A stretch of DNA of 64,000 nt. Source: Chloroflexota bacterium (GTDB lineage Bacteria > Chloroflexota > UBA11872 > VXOZ01). The notes below the pieces were generated by a model, which was not told the origin of the DNA, did not search any database, and worked only from the letters and a program-made list of their open reading frames with translations. Shown here piece after piece: positions 21,321 through 31,275 of this stretch. The stretch's first letter is position 1, and the number at the start of each line of letters is the position of its first letter. The position numbers and the translations under genes are program-made. The DNA lies in contig OZ244922.1 of NCBI GenBank assembly GCA_965221905.1, positions 3,136,001 to 3,200,000 on the forward strand, given 5' to 3'.

Positions 21321-21776
21321 TTAATCAACTGTCACCGTATCAGACACAACCTGCAGGGATACTTCAGTAATCTCACCCTTTATAATTGTATACCCGCGCA
21401 CGTCTGGTTGCGCTGGGTCTGCCAGCGAAATCACCACGTGTACTGCTCCCGGATACCGCTCCGCCGATTCGCCGTTACCCATGTCGAATTCCGCTTCAGC
21501 CACGTCGGTCGCGGACGGGTAGGCCCGGGAAGCGACGTGGGAATGGAAGATGCCTACAATCTGCCAATCGCGCTCATACTCCACCGTGCGCACGATATGC
21601 AGTAGGTCTTCCGGATGTATTATGAAGCGAATAGGGCTAGCGGCCGCGTTCCGTGCCGGAAAGACCGCCAATACGGCGCCGTCCTTGCCGCCCAACATGC
21701 CGCAACCTTCGTTGGGCGACTCCGCCCGTACGTGGGCGATCATCTCTTCACGCTGCTGCGCCGTAATCTGAAGCAT
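21321..21776 (-). CDS. JAB/Mov34/MPN metalloprotease (M67, Mec-like)
   Basis: PNEGCG and FHSHxxxxAYPSxxD JAMM motif. Confidence 0.92.
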   Translation of the reverse strand: MLQITAQQREEMIAHVRAESPNEGCGMLGGKDGAVLAVFPARNAAASPIRFIIHPEDLLHIVRTVEYERDWQIVGIFHSHVASRAYPSATDVAEAEFDMGNGESAERYPGAVHVVISLADPAQPDVRGYTIIKGEITEVSLQVVSDTVTVD

Positions 21777-21779
21777 AGT

Positions 21780-22043
21780 TTACCAGCGCCTAATCTCCTC
21801 ATGGTCGTCGATGAGTTGCAGTATTTCCACGAAGTCTACCGTCTTGTGGGGGTGCACGGCACCATGCTTTTCCCAGTCCGCCCGTGAGGCCACCACCGTA
21901 ACGAAGTCGCGGGGCGGAGAGAGCACGGCCTCCTGCAACAGCACAACCGTTACGAGCCGGTCTTTGCTCTCGGATTCAATTGCGTCCCATGCCGCAGCAC
22001 TATCGGCGTGGGTGAGAATGTGCAGCACCGCCTCCGCAGACAT
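21780..22043 (-). CDS. DsrH/TusB-like sulfur-relay protein (about 87 aa)
   Basis: MSAEAVLHIL...VVLLQEAV...D...G...VDF.EILQLI.....W pattern; probable start ATG 22043, not the longer ORF-track start. Confidence 0.65.
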   Translation of the reverse strand: MSAEAVLHILTHADSAAAWDAIESESKDRLVTVVLLQEAVLSPPRDFVTVVASRADWEKHGAVHPHKTVDFVEILQLIDDHEEIRRW

Positions 22044-22418
22044 TTGGCTAATCCCTGTTGGCAACCGCGCGTTGTTGATTGCCGACTGCATACGCTCACC
22101 AATGTTCGCGCAGTGCGCACCTGCAACACACTTCCACTCTACTGTGTGAACCGGCATCGGACAAGGGCGGAGAGGCTGCAAGGCAATGGAAACATCGCGC
22201 TTGGTGCGAACTCTGTCCCCCACCAGGTGTATGTGCCCTTTCCTCACATAATCTCGAATGGTCGCAAGAGACCTTCCAAAGATGAGGGCTGGGCGATGCT
22301 GGGGCAGCACGTGTGTCCTTGGCAAAGCCGGGACGCGCCAGTCCGTCCGTACTTCGACGAACTCAGCACGAACGGACTGTTGAGTGGCGGCTTCCAATCA
22401 TCTCGCAATTGAGACTTG

Positions 22419-23282
22419 CTACATTGTCGTACCGGAGGTCACGTCCAGCGTTTGCTCCACTGCGGGCATGCCGCAAAATGCCTCGTAGTCGATCAATTCA
22501 GTAATCGTCGGATTGTCGCCGCAGACCGGGCAACTGGGATCGCGGCGCAGCTTTACCTCATGGAAGCTCAGCGCCAACGCGTCGAAGAGCAGCAGCCGGT
22601 TGGTCAGCGTATCGCCAATGCCCAAGATCAGCTTTGCAGTCTCTACGGCCTGAATGCAGCCAACGATGCCGGGCAAGACACCCAACACGCCGGCCTCGGA
22701 GCAGGAAGGCGCCATTTCCGGTGGCGGCGGTTCCGGATAGAGGCAACGGTAGCAGCCCTTGCCCGGCTCAAATACTGTGGCCTGCCCTTCAAACCGGAAT
22801 ATACTGCCGTGCACCACCGGCTTGTTCAGGAAGAATGCGGCATCGTTGACCAGGTACCGCGTTGGGAAGTTGTCCGTGCCGTCAACGATGACATCGTAAT
22901 CGGCGAAGACTTCCATCACGTTATCGGAGTTGAGGTGCTCGGTATGCGGCACCACGTTCACGTCAGGGTTTACTTCTCGCAGGCGATCCTGGGCAGAGGC
23001 TACTTTCAGCCTACCGACGTCTGAGTATCCGTGCAGAATTTGGCGCTGCAAGTTGCTTAGGTCTACCTCGTCGAAGTCGACGATACCCAGCGTGCCCACA
23101 CCGGCCGCAGCCAGATAGAGCGCCGCGGGAGATCCCAGGCCGCCTGCCCCAAGGAGCAAGACCTTGGCATTGAGCAATTTCCGTTGTCCGAGCGGGCCTA
23201 CTTCTGAAAGAATGATGTGTCTGCTGTAGCGCTGCACCTGTTCCGGCGTGAAGAGACTGCGCCGCTTTGCAACTTTGCTCAT
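22419..23282 (-). CDS. moeB: ThiF/MoeB family E1-like adenylyltransferase
   Basis: RYSRH, GAGGLG, SNLQRQ, DGTDNF, CYRC, SCSEAGV and CPVC; GGAGG RBS. Confidence 0.93.
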   Translation of the reverse strand: MSKVAKRRSLFTPEQVQRYSRHIILSEVGPLGQRKLLNAKVLLLGAGGLGSPAALYLAAAGVGTLGIVDFDEVDLSNLQRQILHGYSDVGRLKVASAQDRLREVNPDVNVVPHTEHLNSDNVMEVFADYDVIVDGTDNFPTRYLVNDAAFFLNKPVVHGSIFRFEGQATVFEPGKGCYRCLYPEPPPPEMAPSCSEAGVLGVLPGIVGCIQAVETAKLILGIGDTLTNRLLLFDALALSFHEVKLRRDPSCPVCGDNPTITELIDYEAFCGMPAVEQTLDVTSGTTM

Positions 23283-23316
23283 GTGTTCCTCCTTCATCCA
23301 TTCGCGTCATTAGGCA

Positions 23317-23754
23317 TCAAATGTAGTACACGCTGCGCTCGTGTCGTTCTTTCTCGCGTGCGACCAGATCGGCGATTGTATGGCGGCTCAAGATGGATTG
23401 AAACGCTGACTGAACCTCTTGCCACACTTCACGCTGACCGCACCCTGGCACCAGTGTACAGAACGACACGTTTTCCAGGCACTCTACCGGCGTAAAAGGT
23501 CCTTCGAGCGTCGATACGACCACTTCCATTGTGATTTGCTCGGGCGGACGCGCAAGTTCGTGCCCACCTTGCGGGCCCCGAATGCTGCGCACGATGCCGG
23601 CCTTGCGCAGTGCGGTAAGCAATTGATCCAGATACGCTTCCGGTATGTATTGCCGCTGCGCGATCGCCGCGCTCTGCACGAGCCCCTGCCCGTACCGATG
23701 CCCCAAATCTACCACGGCGCGGACCGCATAGTCCGCTTTCATAGAAATACGCAT
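23317..23754 (-). CDS. Rrf2 family transcriptional regulator with three Cys (probable Fe-S sensor)
   Basis: DYAVRA, YLDQLL..L.KAG.V.S.RGPQGG, C-x6-C-x5-C. Confidence 0.92.
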   Translation of the reverse strand: MRISMKADYAVRAVVDLGHRYGQGLVQSAAIAQRQYIPEAYLDQLLTALRKAGIVRSIRGPQGGHELARPPEQITMEVVVSTLEGPFTPVECLENVSFCTLVPGCGQREVWQEVQSAFQSILSRHTIADLVAREKERHERSVYYI

Positions 23755-24010
23755 AGCGCTGCTACCAGGTGTGCAAGTAACTAATGTTTACAAATTCACT
23801 TAGTTAACATGATACTGGCCGCGCTGTGCGCTTAGCAAGAGTGCAATTGCGCCATGACGAATACATCTGCGGGCAAAGCCGATTGCACCCCAAGCCCATG
23901 CTGACCGCTGGCAGCAGAGCCATGTGCGCTTGGCCCTGACTGAAGGACATCGAAAACAGCCCCGTTCGCTATGAGCGTTTAGCGCTCATAGCATTTGAGG
24001 TGGCGCCAGC

Positions 24011-26167
24011 CTACTTTGCACGGGGGCCGGCCGCTGCAGCGGCCGGCTCAGCGGCCGGCTCAGCGGCAGCACTGTCAGTAGCCTGCGCAGGAACTTCCGC
24101 GGCAATTGGGGCGTCGTCTGATTCGCCGTCAGGTGAAGGAGAAGCAGGTGATTGCTGCGCCTGCGCTCCCTTTACACGGTCGACCAAACGGCGCAGTTGC
24201 TGATCTTCGGGTGCCGCTGCGCGTCCCGCCTCGCCTGCCGCCAAGGCCTCGGCTTCATTGCCGGACTCCAGGTGCGTCCAAACGACCATCCGGTAGAGGA
24301 AAGCCTGCGCCGGTAAATCGTCCGCCCGCTTTGCCAGCTCCAGCGCCTGCGTGAACTGCTCCAGGGCATCTCTAAACTTGCCCCGCTCGTAGCAAATGCG
24401 GCCCAGCACCGCAATCGGCGCGTAGTTTTCCGGGTTATCCAGCACAAGCTGTTCTGCCATCATGGCTGCGCGCGTATGTTCGCCGGAAGCGGCAAGTTGC
24501 TGCGCCAGGGCAAGGGAAACGTCGAGATTTTCCGGCTCCAGTTGTGCCGACTGTTCCAGCGCGGACACCGACTGTTGATGATCGCCTTGCAGCATGTGTT
24601 GGAATGCTAGCGCCATTCCCGTCGACGCTGAAGAGGGAGTTGCCGCAGGCGCCTCAGATCCTTTTGCCTCCACGCTCGCGCTAGGCACAGGCTGCGGTCG
24701 CTTCCGCGAACCGCTTTCACGCGCAACGGGAGCGCTTTCTCCCTGAGATTCTGTTCGCGTTGGCGGCGTAGCTGATTCCGTTCGTACCGGCGGCGTAGCC
24801 TGAGATTCCGTTCGTACCGGTGGCGTAGCTGATTCCGTTCGTGCCGACGCAGCCTGGGATTCCGTTCGTGCAGGCGGCGTAGAAGATTCCGTTCGTGCCG
24901 ACGCAGCCTGGGATTCCGTTCGTGCAGGCGGCGTAGCTGATTCCGTTCGTACCGACGCAGCCTGAGATTCCGTCCGTGCAGGCGGCGTAGCTGATTCCGT
25001 TCGTGCCGGGGCAGCCTGGGATTCCGTTCGTGCTGAGCCTGTCGAAGTACGAGGCGAGCGCGCGGGCGCTGACTGTCGGGATCGCGTTCCCCGTCCACGT
25101 TGGCCTGTCGCCTGACCGTTGCTGCTCTTTACCAAACGCTCCAATTCTTGCTTGCGGTTTTGCACATCCTTGTAGCGGCTATCTAGACTACTGCAGCGTG
25201 CATAGGCCTCAAGCGCCTTATCCTGTGCGCCCAGCTTCTCGTAAACTTGCCCAAGGTCGTAAAGTACCTCAGCATCCTCGACCTCTTGCCGCACCAGGTC
25301 TTCGAGTTCATTTGCGGCGTCCGCATACCGTCCCAAGGCGGCTAGCGTAAGCGCAAGCCAGTGATGGTAGCGAACTTGACGCGGCATCAAGCTCACTGAC
25401 TGTGAAAAGTGATTTAGCGCCTGCGACAACTCATCTCGGTCATATGCGTTGCGACCGAGGCTATATAGCCTGCCGGCAAGCATGTTGCGGTCCACATGCG
25501 TATCGAGGGTTTCGCCAAGCGGCAACTCCGGTTGGTCGAATCGCGACTGCTCCGTCCGGCGCTTCTCTTGTTCGATAACCAATGAAAGCAGCAGCCCCAG
25601 GTTAATGGAGCCGTCGGCAACGAGTTTCAAGCTGGCATCGCTGCCCACGCCAAAATTACCCACCAAGACTTGGACGCCGCGGTCGCGTAGCCGTGAGAAC
25701 ACCGGAATGAAGTCGCCATCTCCGGTCAGCGCAAACGCCTTGTCGTAGAACCCCACGAAATCGAGCATATCCAGCGACATCTCGATGTCCAGGTTGCCCT
25801 TGTAGCCACCACCCGGCAGCTCCTTTGACCGCTTATGGACAACACGAAAGCCGTGCGTTACCAGATAGTCGAGCTGCTGGCGGAAACCCTCCACACGCAG
25901 GTCCGTGCCCGTATAATAATAGGCGCCCACGAGTATATCGTTGCCTCGAAGCTGATCTCGTATCAGATGCCACGGCACACGCATGATACCGATGTCACGG
26001 GCCTGGCGTTCGATGTTGGCCGCATCTATGAAGATCATCAGCCGTTGCGGCTTTGAGGACGGAAGCGGTGAACCGATTGCGGATCGTAGCGTCTCTAGCG
26101 GATGCCCGCAGGCAACACATATGAGGCTATTTCCTTTATTCAAACTCCCACACGTTGGACAATTCAT
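24011..26167 (-). CDS. Zinc-ribbon + NYN (LabA/DUF88) RNase + TPR repeat protein with a 9-aa tandem-repeat linker
   Basis: CPTC...CVAC; IFIDAAN, KGNLD, TGDGDF; TPR-like helices on both sides of (ARTESxxxx)n. Confidence 0.85.
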   Translation of the reverse strand: MNCPTCGSLNKGNSLICVACGHPLETLRSAIGSPLPSSKPQRLMIFIDAANIERQARDIGIMRVPWHLIRDQLRGNDILVGAYYYTGTDLRVEGFRQQLDYLVTHGFRVVHKRSKELPGGGYKGNLDIEMSLDMLDFVGFYDKAFALTGDGDFIPVFSRLRDRGVQVLVGNFGVGSDASLKLVADGSINLGLLLSLVIEQEKRRTEQSRFDQPELPLGETLDTHVDRNMLAGRLYSLGRNAYDRDELSQALNHFSQSVSLMPRQVRYHHWLALTLAALGRYADAANELEDLVRQEVEDAEVLYDLGQVYEKLGAQDKALEAYARCSSLDSRYKDVQNRKQELERLVKSSNGQATGQRGRGTRSRQSAPARSPRTSTGSARTESQAAPARTESATPPARTESQAASVRTESATPPARTESQAASARTESSTPPARTESQAASARTESATPPVRTESQATPPVRTESATPPTRTESQGESAPVARESGSRKRPQPVPSASVEAKGSEAPAATPSSASTGMALAFQHMLQGDHQQSVSALEQSAQLEPENLDVSLALAQQLAASGEHTRAAMMAEQLVLDNPENYAPIAVLGRICYERGKFRDALEQFTQALELAKRADDLPAQAFLYRMVVWTHLESGNEAEALAAGEAGRAAAPEDQQLRRLVDRVKGAQAQQSPASPSPDGESDDAPIAAEVPAQATDSAAAEPAAEPAAAAAGPRAK
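24740..25052 (-). repeat. About 11 x 27-bp coding tandem repeat starting at a REP family A copy
   Basis: GATTCCGTTCGT core repeated on the plus strand; abuts CCGTTCGTGCTGAGCCTGTCGAAG at 25024-25047. Confidence 0.85.
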
Positions 26168-26625
26168 TACAATACGTCATGCCTCCCTGTTTATGAATTT
26201 CATCACACCATTTGGGCCACGTGTCCAGCGCGACCTTAGCTGGTATGATACCATAGCTCATCCGGCACAGTGATACGGCAGTCTTACGGAGGCGCCCCAT
26301 TCTGTCCGTTAGCTTGCCCTGCAGCCAGCAAGACGGCGCAAGCATCACAGAGCTTTGGCAAAGCGGTAGGGACTCTTCGACCGGCTTCTTTAGAGTCAGT
26401 GGCATTGAAGCGCGGACGCGCGGTTTGCGGCTCGTGCCATGTGGTGGAAGAGACCCGATCAAGGGTGCAATCTCGATGACCGCGCGGTGCCATTGGATCA
26501 GTGAACGCATGGTGGGCCGGCTAGCTATGATGATGAGTTTGTGCGGTGGCGCGTCGCTGACGCGTTCGAGCGACCTTCTTTGGTCGCATCCCGGTTTCGG
26601 CACTCTCTATCGGTGAGGAGTATCT

Positions 26626-27495
26626 ATGGCAGCGGCGCGGGTGAGGCATAGAGTTGGCGTTACCGGCTACCCTCTCACGCACACGGTCTCGCCGGCCTTT
26701 CAGCAACCGGCGTTCGACCACTACGGGATTTCCGCCGCGTACCGCACGTATCCGGTTACGGCGGAAGATTTGCCCGCATTGATCGCGACTCTCCGCGAGC
26801 CGGAGTGGCTTGGCCTCAACGTGACCATTCCGCACAAAGAAGCAGTCGTCGCCCTCGTTGACCGCTGTACCGCTACGGCCCGGACCATCGGCGCAGTCAA
26901 CACCCTGTTCAAGGATGGCGGGAGCCTCATTGGCGATAATACTGACGCGCACGGTTTCCTCACCGCGTTGCGCTCCGATGGCGCTACCGATCCCGCCGGA
27001 GCGCGGGTGCTCGTGCTCGGCGCGGGCGGAGCGGCGCGTGCCGTACTCGCGGCCCTTGCGCAAGCCGGCGCACGTCACATTACTCTCGCCAATCGGCATC
27101 GCGCACGAGCCGAAGGCCTGCTGGAGTCGCTTGCGGCGGCGCTAAACGCGCAGGAATGTGCCGTGGTCGATTGGGATAGCACAGCCCTGCATCAAGCGGC
27201 TGCAAGTGCCGACATAATCGTGAACTGTACTGCGGTGGGTATGACCAATGGCCCTGCGCCCCTAGAGTCGCCCCTGCCGCCCCACGTCTTTCGCGGTCAC
27301 CACCTGGTATTCGATCTTGTTTACACGCCAAGTCCCACGCCCTTGCTCCACCACGCGCAGCAAGGCGGCGCAGGCACGCTGGACGGCCTTCCCATGCTCG
27401 TCTACCAAGGCGCGGGGGCATTTGAACGCTGGACAGGAAAGCCTGCGCCCCTTAAACTTATGAAGGCCAAGGCACTGGCCGCACTTGGCGCATAA
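26626..27495 (+). CDS. aroE: Shikimate dehydrogenase
   Basis: NVTIPHK, IGAVNT, NTD, GAGGAA and MLVYQG. Confidence 0.95.
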   Translation: MAAARVRHRVGVTGYPLTHTVSPAFQQPAFDHYGISAAYRTYPVTAEDLPALIATLREPEWLGLNVTIPHKEAVVALVDRCTATARTIGAVNTLFKDGGSLIGDNTDAHGFLTALRSDGATDPAGARVLVLGAGGAARAVLAALAQAGARHITLANRHRARAEGLLESLAAALNAQECAVVDWDSTALHQAAASADIIVNCTAVGMTNGPAPLESPLPPHVFRGHHLVFDLVYTPSPTPLLHHAQQGGAGTLDGLPMLVYQGAGAFERWTGKPAPLKLMKAKALAALGA

Positions 27496-27619
27496 GCCTT
27501 CGTTCGCTATGGGAGACCGCAGTTCCGCGCCGTTACTACAGATCCACACTCAGCCTAGGATTGAGAAGCAGGCGCGCTTAGAACTGCCAAGCGACACACA
27601 CGCAGAGGTATAGGCTACC

Positions 27620-28795
27620 GTGCTACGCGTACTCAAGATTCTTACCGCCGGTGAATCACACGGACAAGCGCTCCTGACCATTGTCGAGGGCATGCCGTCC
27701 GGATTGCCCATATCGGCGGAGGAAATCGGCCGACACATGACGCGCCGTCAAAAGGGGTACGGGCGCGGTCGCCGCCAGCAAATCGAGAAAGACGCCGCGG
27801 AGATACTCTCCGGCGTGCGCCACGGCAAGAGTATCGGCAGTCCCATTGCCATGTTGGTCAACAACAAGGACTGGGAAAACTGGCAACAAATCATGGCGGT
27901 AGAACCCGTCGAGACTCCGGTAAAGAAGGTGACGCACCTGCGCCCCGGCCATGCCGATCTCGTCGGCGTTTTCAAGTACGGCTTCGATGACATTCGTCCC
28001 ATTCTCGAAAGGTCGAGCGCCCGCGAAACTGCTGCGCGCCTGGCTGCCTCCGGCGTGTGCCGCGCCCTTCTAAGTCACTTCGGTATTCAGATCGCCAGCT
28101 ATGTTTCAGTGCTTGGGCCGATTGAGATGGACGGCGCGTATGAGGTTACGCAGCATCCCGAATCCGTAGACTGGGACGCCCTGGAAGAAGACCCGTTGCG
28201 CTGCCCGGACCCCGCTGCCAGCAAGAAGATGGTAACGCTCATCGATGAGATGAAAGCGGCGGGCGACAGCCTGGGCGGTATCTACAACGTCGTTGCCTGG
28301 GGTCTGCCAGTCGGTTTGGGCAGCCACGTCTTTTGGGACCGCCGTCTGGATTCACGTCTGGCGGCAGCAATTCTGTCTATCAACGCCACCAAAGGGGTCG
28401 AGTTCGGTTCAGCGTTCGAAAACGCGCGCCGGCAGGGCTCGCAGGTGCAAGACCAGATTCGCTTCGAGAAGGGCCTGGGATTCTCCCGCTTGAGTAACCG
28501 CGCGGGCGGCCTGGAAGCAGGCATTAGCAACGGCGAACCGCTGCTCGTGCGTGGGGCGCTCAAGCCGATTTCCACTATCAAGAGCCCGCTGCCCTCGGTA
28601 GACTTGGCGACGCTCGAGCCTGCACAGGCCCACTACGAACGCGCTGACACCACCGCCGTGCCTGCCGCCGGGGTAATTGGCGAGGCGATGGTGGCTATGG
28701 TCTTGGCCGATGCGTTTCTTGAGAAGTTTGGCGGCGATAGCATGGCCGAGGTCGAACGCAACTATCAGGGCTACATGGAGGGTCTGCCAAAATAG
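27620..28795 (+). CDS. aroC: Chorismate synthase
   Basis: TAGESHG, RPGHAD, ERSSARETA and KPIST. Confidence 0.97.
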   Translation: MLRVLKILTAGESHGQALLTIVEGMPSGLPISAEEIGRHMTRRQKGYGRGRRQQIEKDAAEILSGVRHGKSIGSPIAMLVNNKDWENWQQIMAVEPVETPVKKVTHLRPGHADLVGVFKYGFDDIRPILERSSARETAARLAASGVCRALLSHFGIQIASYVSVLGPIEMDGAYEVTQHPESVDWDALEEDPLRCPDPAASKKMVTLIDEMKAAGDSLGGIYNVVAWGLPVGLGSHVFWDRRLDSRLAAAILSINATKGVEFGSAFENARRQGSQVQDQIRFEKGLGFSRLSNRAGGLEAGISNGEPLLVRGALKPISTIKSPLPSVDLATLEPAQAHYERADTTAVPAAGVIGEAMVAMVLADAFLEKFGGDSMAEVERNYQGYMEGLPK

Positions 28796-28800
28796 AGAGC

Positions 28801-29313
28801 GTGGTACTCATCGGCCTATCGGGCACGGGAAAATCCTCCGTCGGCAGAATCCTGGCACGGAAACTGCACTGGCGATTCAGCGATACCGATAGCGAAATCG
28901 AGCAGCAGGAAAAGCAGCGGATACCGCAGCTTTTTCAGGACAAGGGCGAAGCGTATTTCCGCTCGGTTGAACAGCGCGTCGTGCAGGAGATTTGTGCTCA
29001 GCGAAATCTCGTCGTTAGTACCGGCGGCGGTGCCGCGCTTGATCCTGTAAACCGCGACGCCATGCGCGCCCACAACCTCGTGATTTGGCTCCGCGCCACG
29101 CCCGAGATCATCTTCAACCGCTTAAAATGGAGCGTACACACCCGCCCCTTGCTCAAAGCCCCCGACCCACTTGCCAGAATCCGCGCCATGGCGGATGAGC
29201 GGCAAGAGTACTACAGCAAGGCGAGCCACGTGGCAGCGGATACGGACGACAAAAGCCACGAGGCAGTGGCGGACATTCTTTGGAAACAGGTGGAAGCATG
29301 GAAGACGCCCTGA
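28801..29313 (+). CDS. aroK: Shikimate kinase
   Basis: GLSGTGKS P-loop, GEAYFR, STGGG and RPLL. Confidence 0.95.
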   Translation: MVLIGLSGTGKSSVGRILARKLHWRFSDTDSEIEQQEKQRIPQLFQDKGEAYFRSVEQRVVQEICAQRNLVVSTGGGAALDPVNRDAMRAHNLVIWLRATPEIIFNRLKWSVHTRPLLKAPDPLARIRAMADERQEYYSKASHVAADTDDKSHEAVADILWKQVEAWKTP

Positions 29314-30347
29314 TCGGTCGCGACATCCTGCCCGAACTGTCGAGCGCCTTGGCGCGCCACGGCATTGAAGGAAGACTCTTCCTCATTGCCGATGAACGTG
29401 TGGTGGAGCGCACCCAAAACAGGCTGGCAGAGACGCTTGCGGAGAACGGCCATACGGTCTTCAGCTATCTCGTGCCGTCCGGTGAAGAGAGCAAAAATCT
29501 CTGCCAGGCCGAAAGCATCTACCATTGGCTCGCCGCGCATCGGGCGGAACGCAAGGAAGTGATCCTGGCGTTTGGCGGCGGGGTCGTCGGCGACCTGGCC
29601 GGGTTCGTCGCCGCCACCTATCTGCGCGGCATGCCGTACGTGCAGATTCCGACGACTCTCGTAGCGCAAATCGACAGCAGCATCGGCGGCAAAGTAGCCG
29701 TAGACCTGCCGGAAGGCAAGAATCTCGTGGGCGCGTTCTACCCGTCGTTGATTACGTGCATCGATACCCGCTTTTTGGAGACCCTTTCCCAACGAGACCT
29801 TCTCGCCGGCTGGGCGGAGGTCGTCAAGACGGCGCTGCTCTTCGATCCGCCGCTTTTTGCGGAGATTGCGAGCCGAGGCCCTGGCGACCTTACCCCGGAA
29901 TTCTTGCTGGAGGTCGTCCCTCGGTGCGTGCGCTGGAAGCAGAAGGTCGTAGCGGAAGACCCCAAAGAGCAAGGCATCCGCGCGCTCCTGAACTACGGCC
30001 ACACCATCGGTCACGCTTTGGAAGCGGCCACCGGTTACCAGACGTACCTCCATGGCGAGGCAGTCGCCATCGGCATGCACGGCGCGGCCCGGATCGCCCA
30101 CCACCTGGGCATACTTGGAAAAGAGGCGTACGAGCAGCAGCAAGCCGTCATCGCCCAATATGCGTTATCCCTCCAGTACACGCAGGTGGATCCCGCCGCT
30201 ATCCACGACGCAATCTCACTAGATAAGAAGAATCGCCAGGGCAAGGTGCGCTGGATTCTCCTAGAAGACATCGGCACGCCGCGCATCGAGAGCGCAGTGC
30301 CGCAATCACTCGTGCGCCAGGTAATACAAGAACTGCGGGCAAGCTAA
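29298..30347 (+). CDS. aroB: 3-dehydroquinate synthase
   Basis: GGGVVGDLAGF, PTTLVAQIDSSIGGK, LNYGHTIGHA and HGEAV. Confidence 0.97.
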   Translation: MEDALIGRDILPELSSALARHGIEGRLFLIADERVVERTQNRLAETLAENGHTVFSYLVPSGEESKNLCQAESIYHWLAAHRAERKEVILAFGGGVVGDLAGFVAATYLRGMPYVQIPTTLVAQIDSSIGGKVAVDLPEGKNLVGAFYPSLITCIDTRFLETLSQRDLLAGWAEVVKTALLFDPPLFAEIASRGPGDLTPEFLLEVVPRCVRWKQKVVAEDPKEQGIRALLNYGHTIGHALEAATGYQTYLHGEAVAIGMHGAARIAHHLGILGKEAYEQQQAVIAQYALSLQYTQVDPAAIHDAISLDKKNRQGKVRWILLEDIGTPRIESAVPQSLVRQVIQELRAS

Positions 30348-30410
30348 CTAGCAAATGCAGCGCTGACAAGCGGAGACCAGGCAGAGAAGCAAAGGCACTG
30401 TAGTGGGTAG

Positions 30411-30734
30411 TCCGTTCGTCCTGAGCATGCTTGTCCTGAGCATGTCGAAGGTCGAAGGGTCGAAGGATAAACGGACTTGCTTTCTCTTGATAGACGTGGT
30501 TCTAGGCGAGCTTCTTAGAGCTTGTGATGTAGTGGCTTTGCAAGTGCACCTGCTCACAGTGCTTTCGGCGCGGGTATCCCTCCCAATTGGCTAGGGTTAT
30601 TCGCTAAGAGCGGGGGACAAGCCCCCGCGCTACAAGGAACGGAGCATTTCAACCCGTCATTCCCGCGCCCGCGGGAATCCATCCTTCCCAGCCAATAGAG
30701 TCCTCCACGGGCGGGGGTCAAGTCCCCGCGCTAC
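30411..30734. repeat. Cluster of REP families: nested A, GGGGGACAAGCCCCCGCGCTACA pair, and B
   Basis: Palindromes at 30411-30465, 30609-30634, 30655-30683 and 30711-30734. Confidence 0.7.
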
Positions 30735-30873
30735 ATTCCAGACAATACCGGTGCGCCTGGTTTGCCTCCAAAGGGCCGCCTAGCTCGCAGACCAATCGAA
30801 GCACAATGTCTGCCCTTAGCTGCTAAAATGTAGAGAGTGAATCTCGTCCAATCTTTGTACCCTGAGGAAATTA

Positions 30874-31209
30874 ATGGCACAATTCATCTTCTTCTATCGC
30901 GCGTCGCCGGAAGCCATGCAGCGGATGGGAAGCGCTTCGCCCGAACAACAACAAGCACACATGGGTAAATGGCAGGCGTGGACGGAAAGCAATGCGGAGT
31001 CGCTGCTGAATGCCGGGACGCCCTTCAGCGGCGGGCAAGTGCTGTCCGGAGCCGGAAGTTCTGACGTAGACGGCACCATGATGGGATTCGCAATCCTGCA
31101 AGCAGAGGATATGGCGGCGGCCGAGGCGATATTGAGGACTGATCCTTTCCTTGGCCAGGGCGAGGGCTGCACCATCGAGGTCTACGAGTGCATGTCCATG
31201 CCGGGATAG
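30874..31209 (+). CDS. YciI/DGPF-like small protein
   Basis: 111 aa; W..W....G.P, GF.I.QAE, P....G..IEV pattern. Confidence 0.7.
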   Translation: MAQFIFFYRASPEAMQRMGSASPEQQQAHMGKWQAWTESNAESLLNAGTPFSGGQVLSGAGSSDVDGTMMGFAILQAEDMAAAEAILRTDPFLGQGEGCTIEVYECMSMPG

Positions 31210-31275
31210 GCTCGATGTCTGCGTTGCGCCAACCTACCGTGGCGGTAACGTAGCCGCAGTTGATGTGAGGGCAGC

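Noticed and set aside
22044-22397. N-terminal 118 aa of the 205-aa ORF, or a hidden ThiS/MoaD gene
   Set aside because: Includes a REP, looks non-coding, and no Gly-Gly-terminated ubiquitin-like ORF was found; the real gene probably starts at 22043
24740-25035. CRISPR array
   Set aside because: Contiguous 27-bp coding units with no unique spacers and no cas genes
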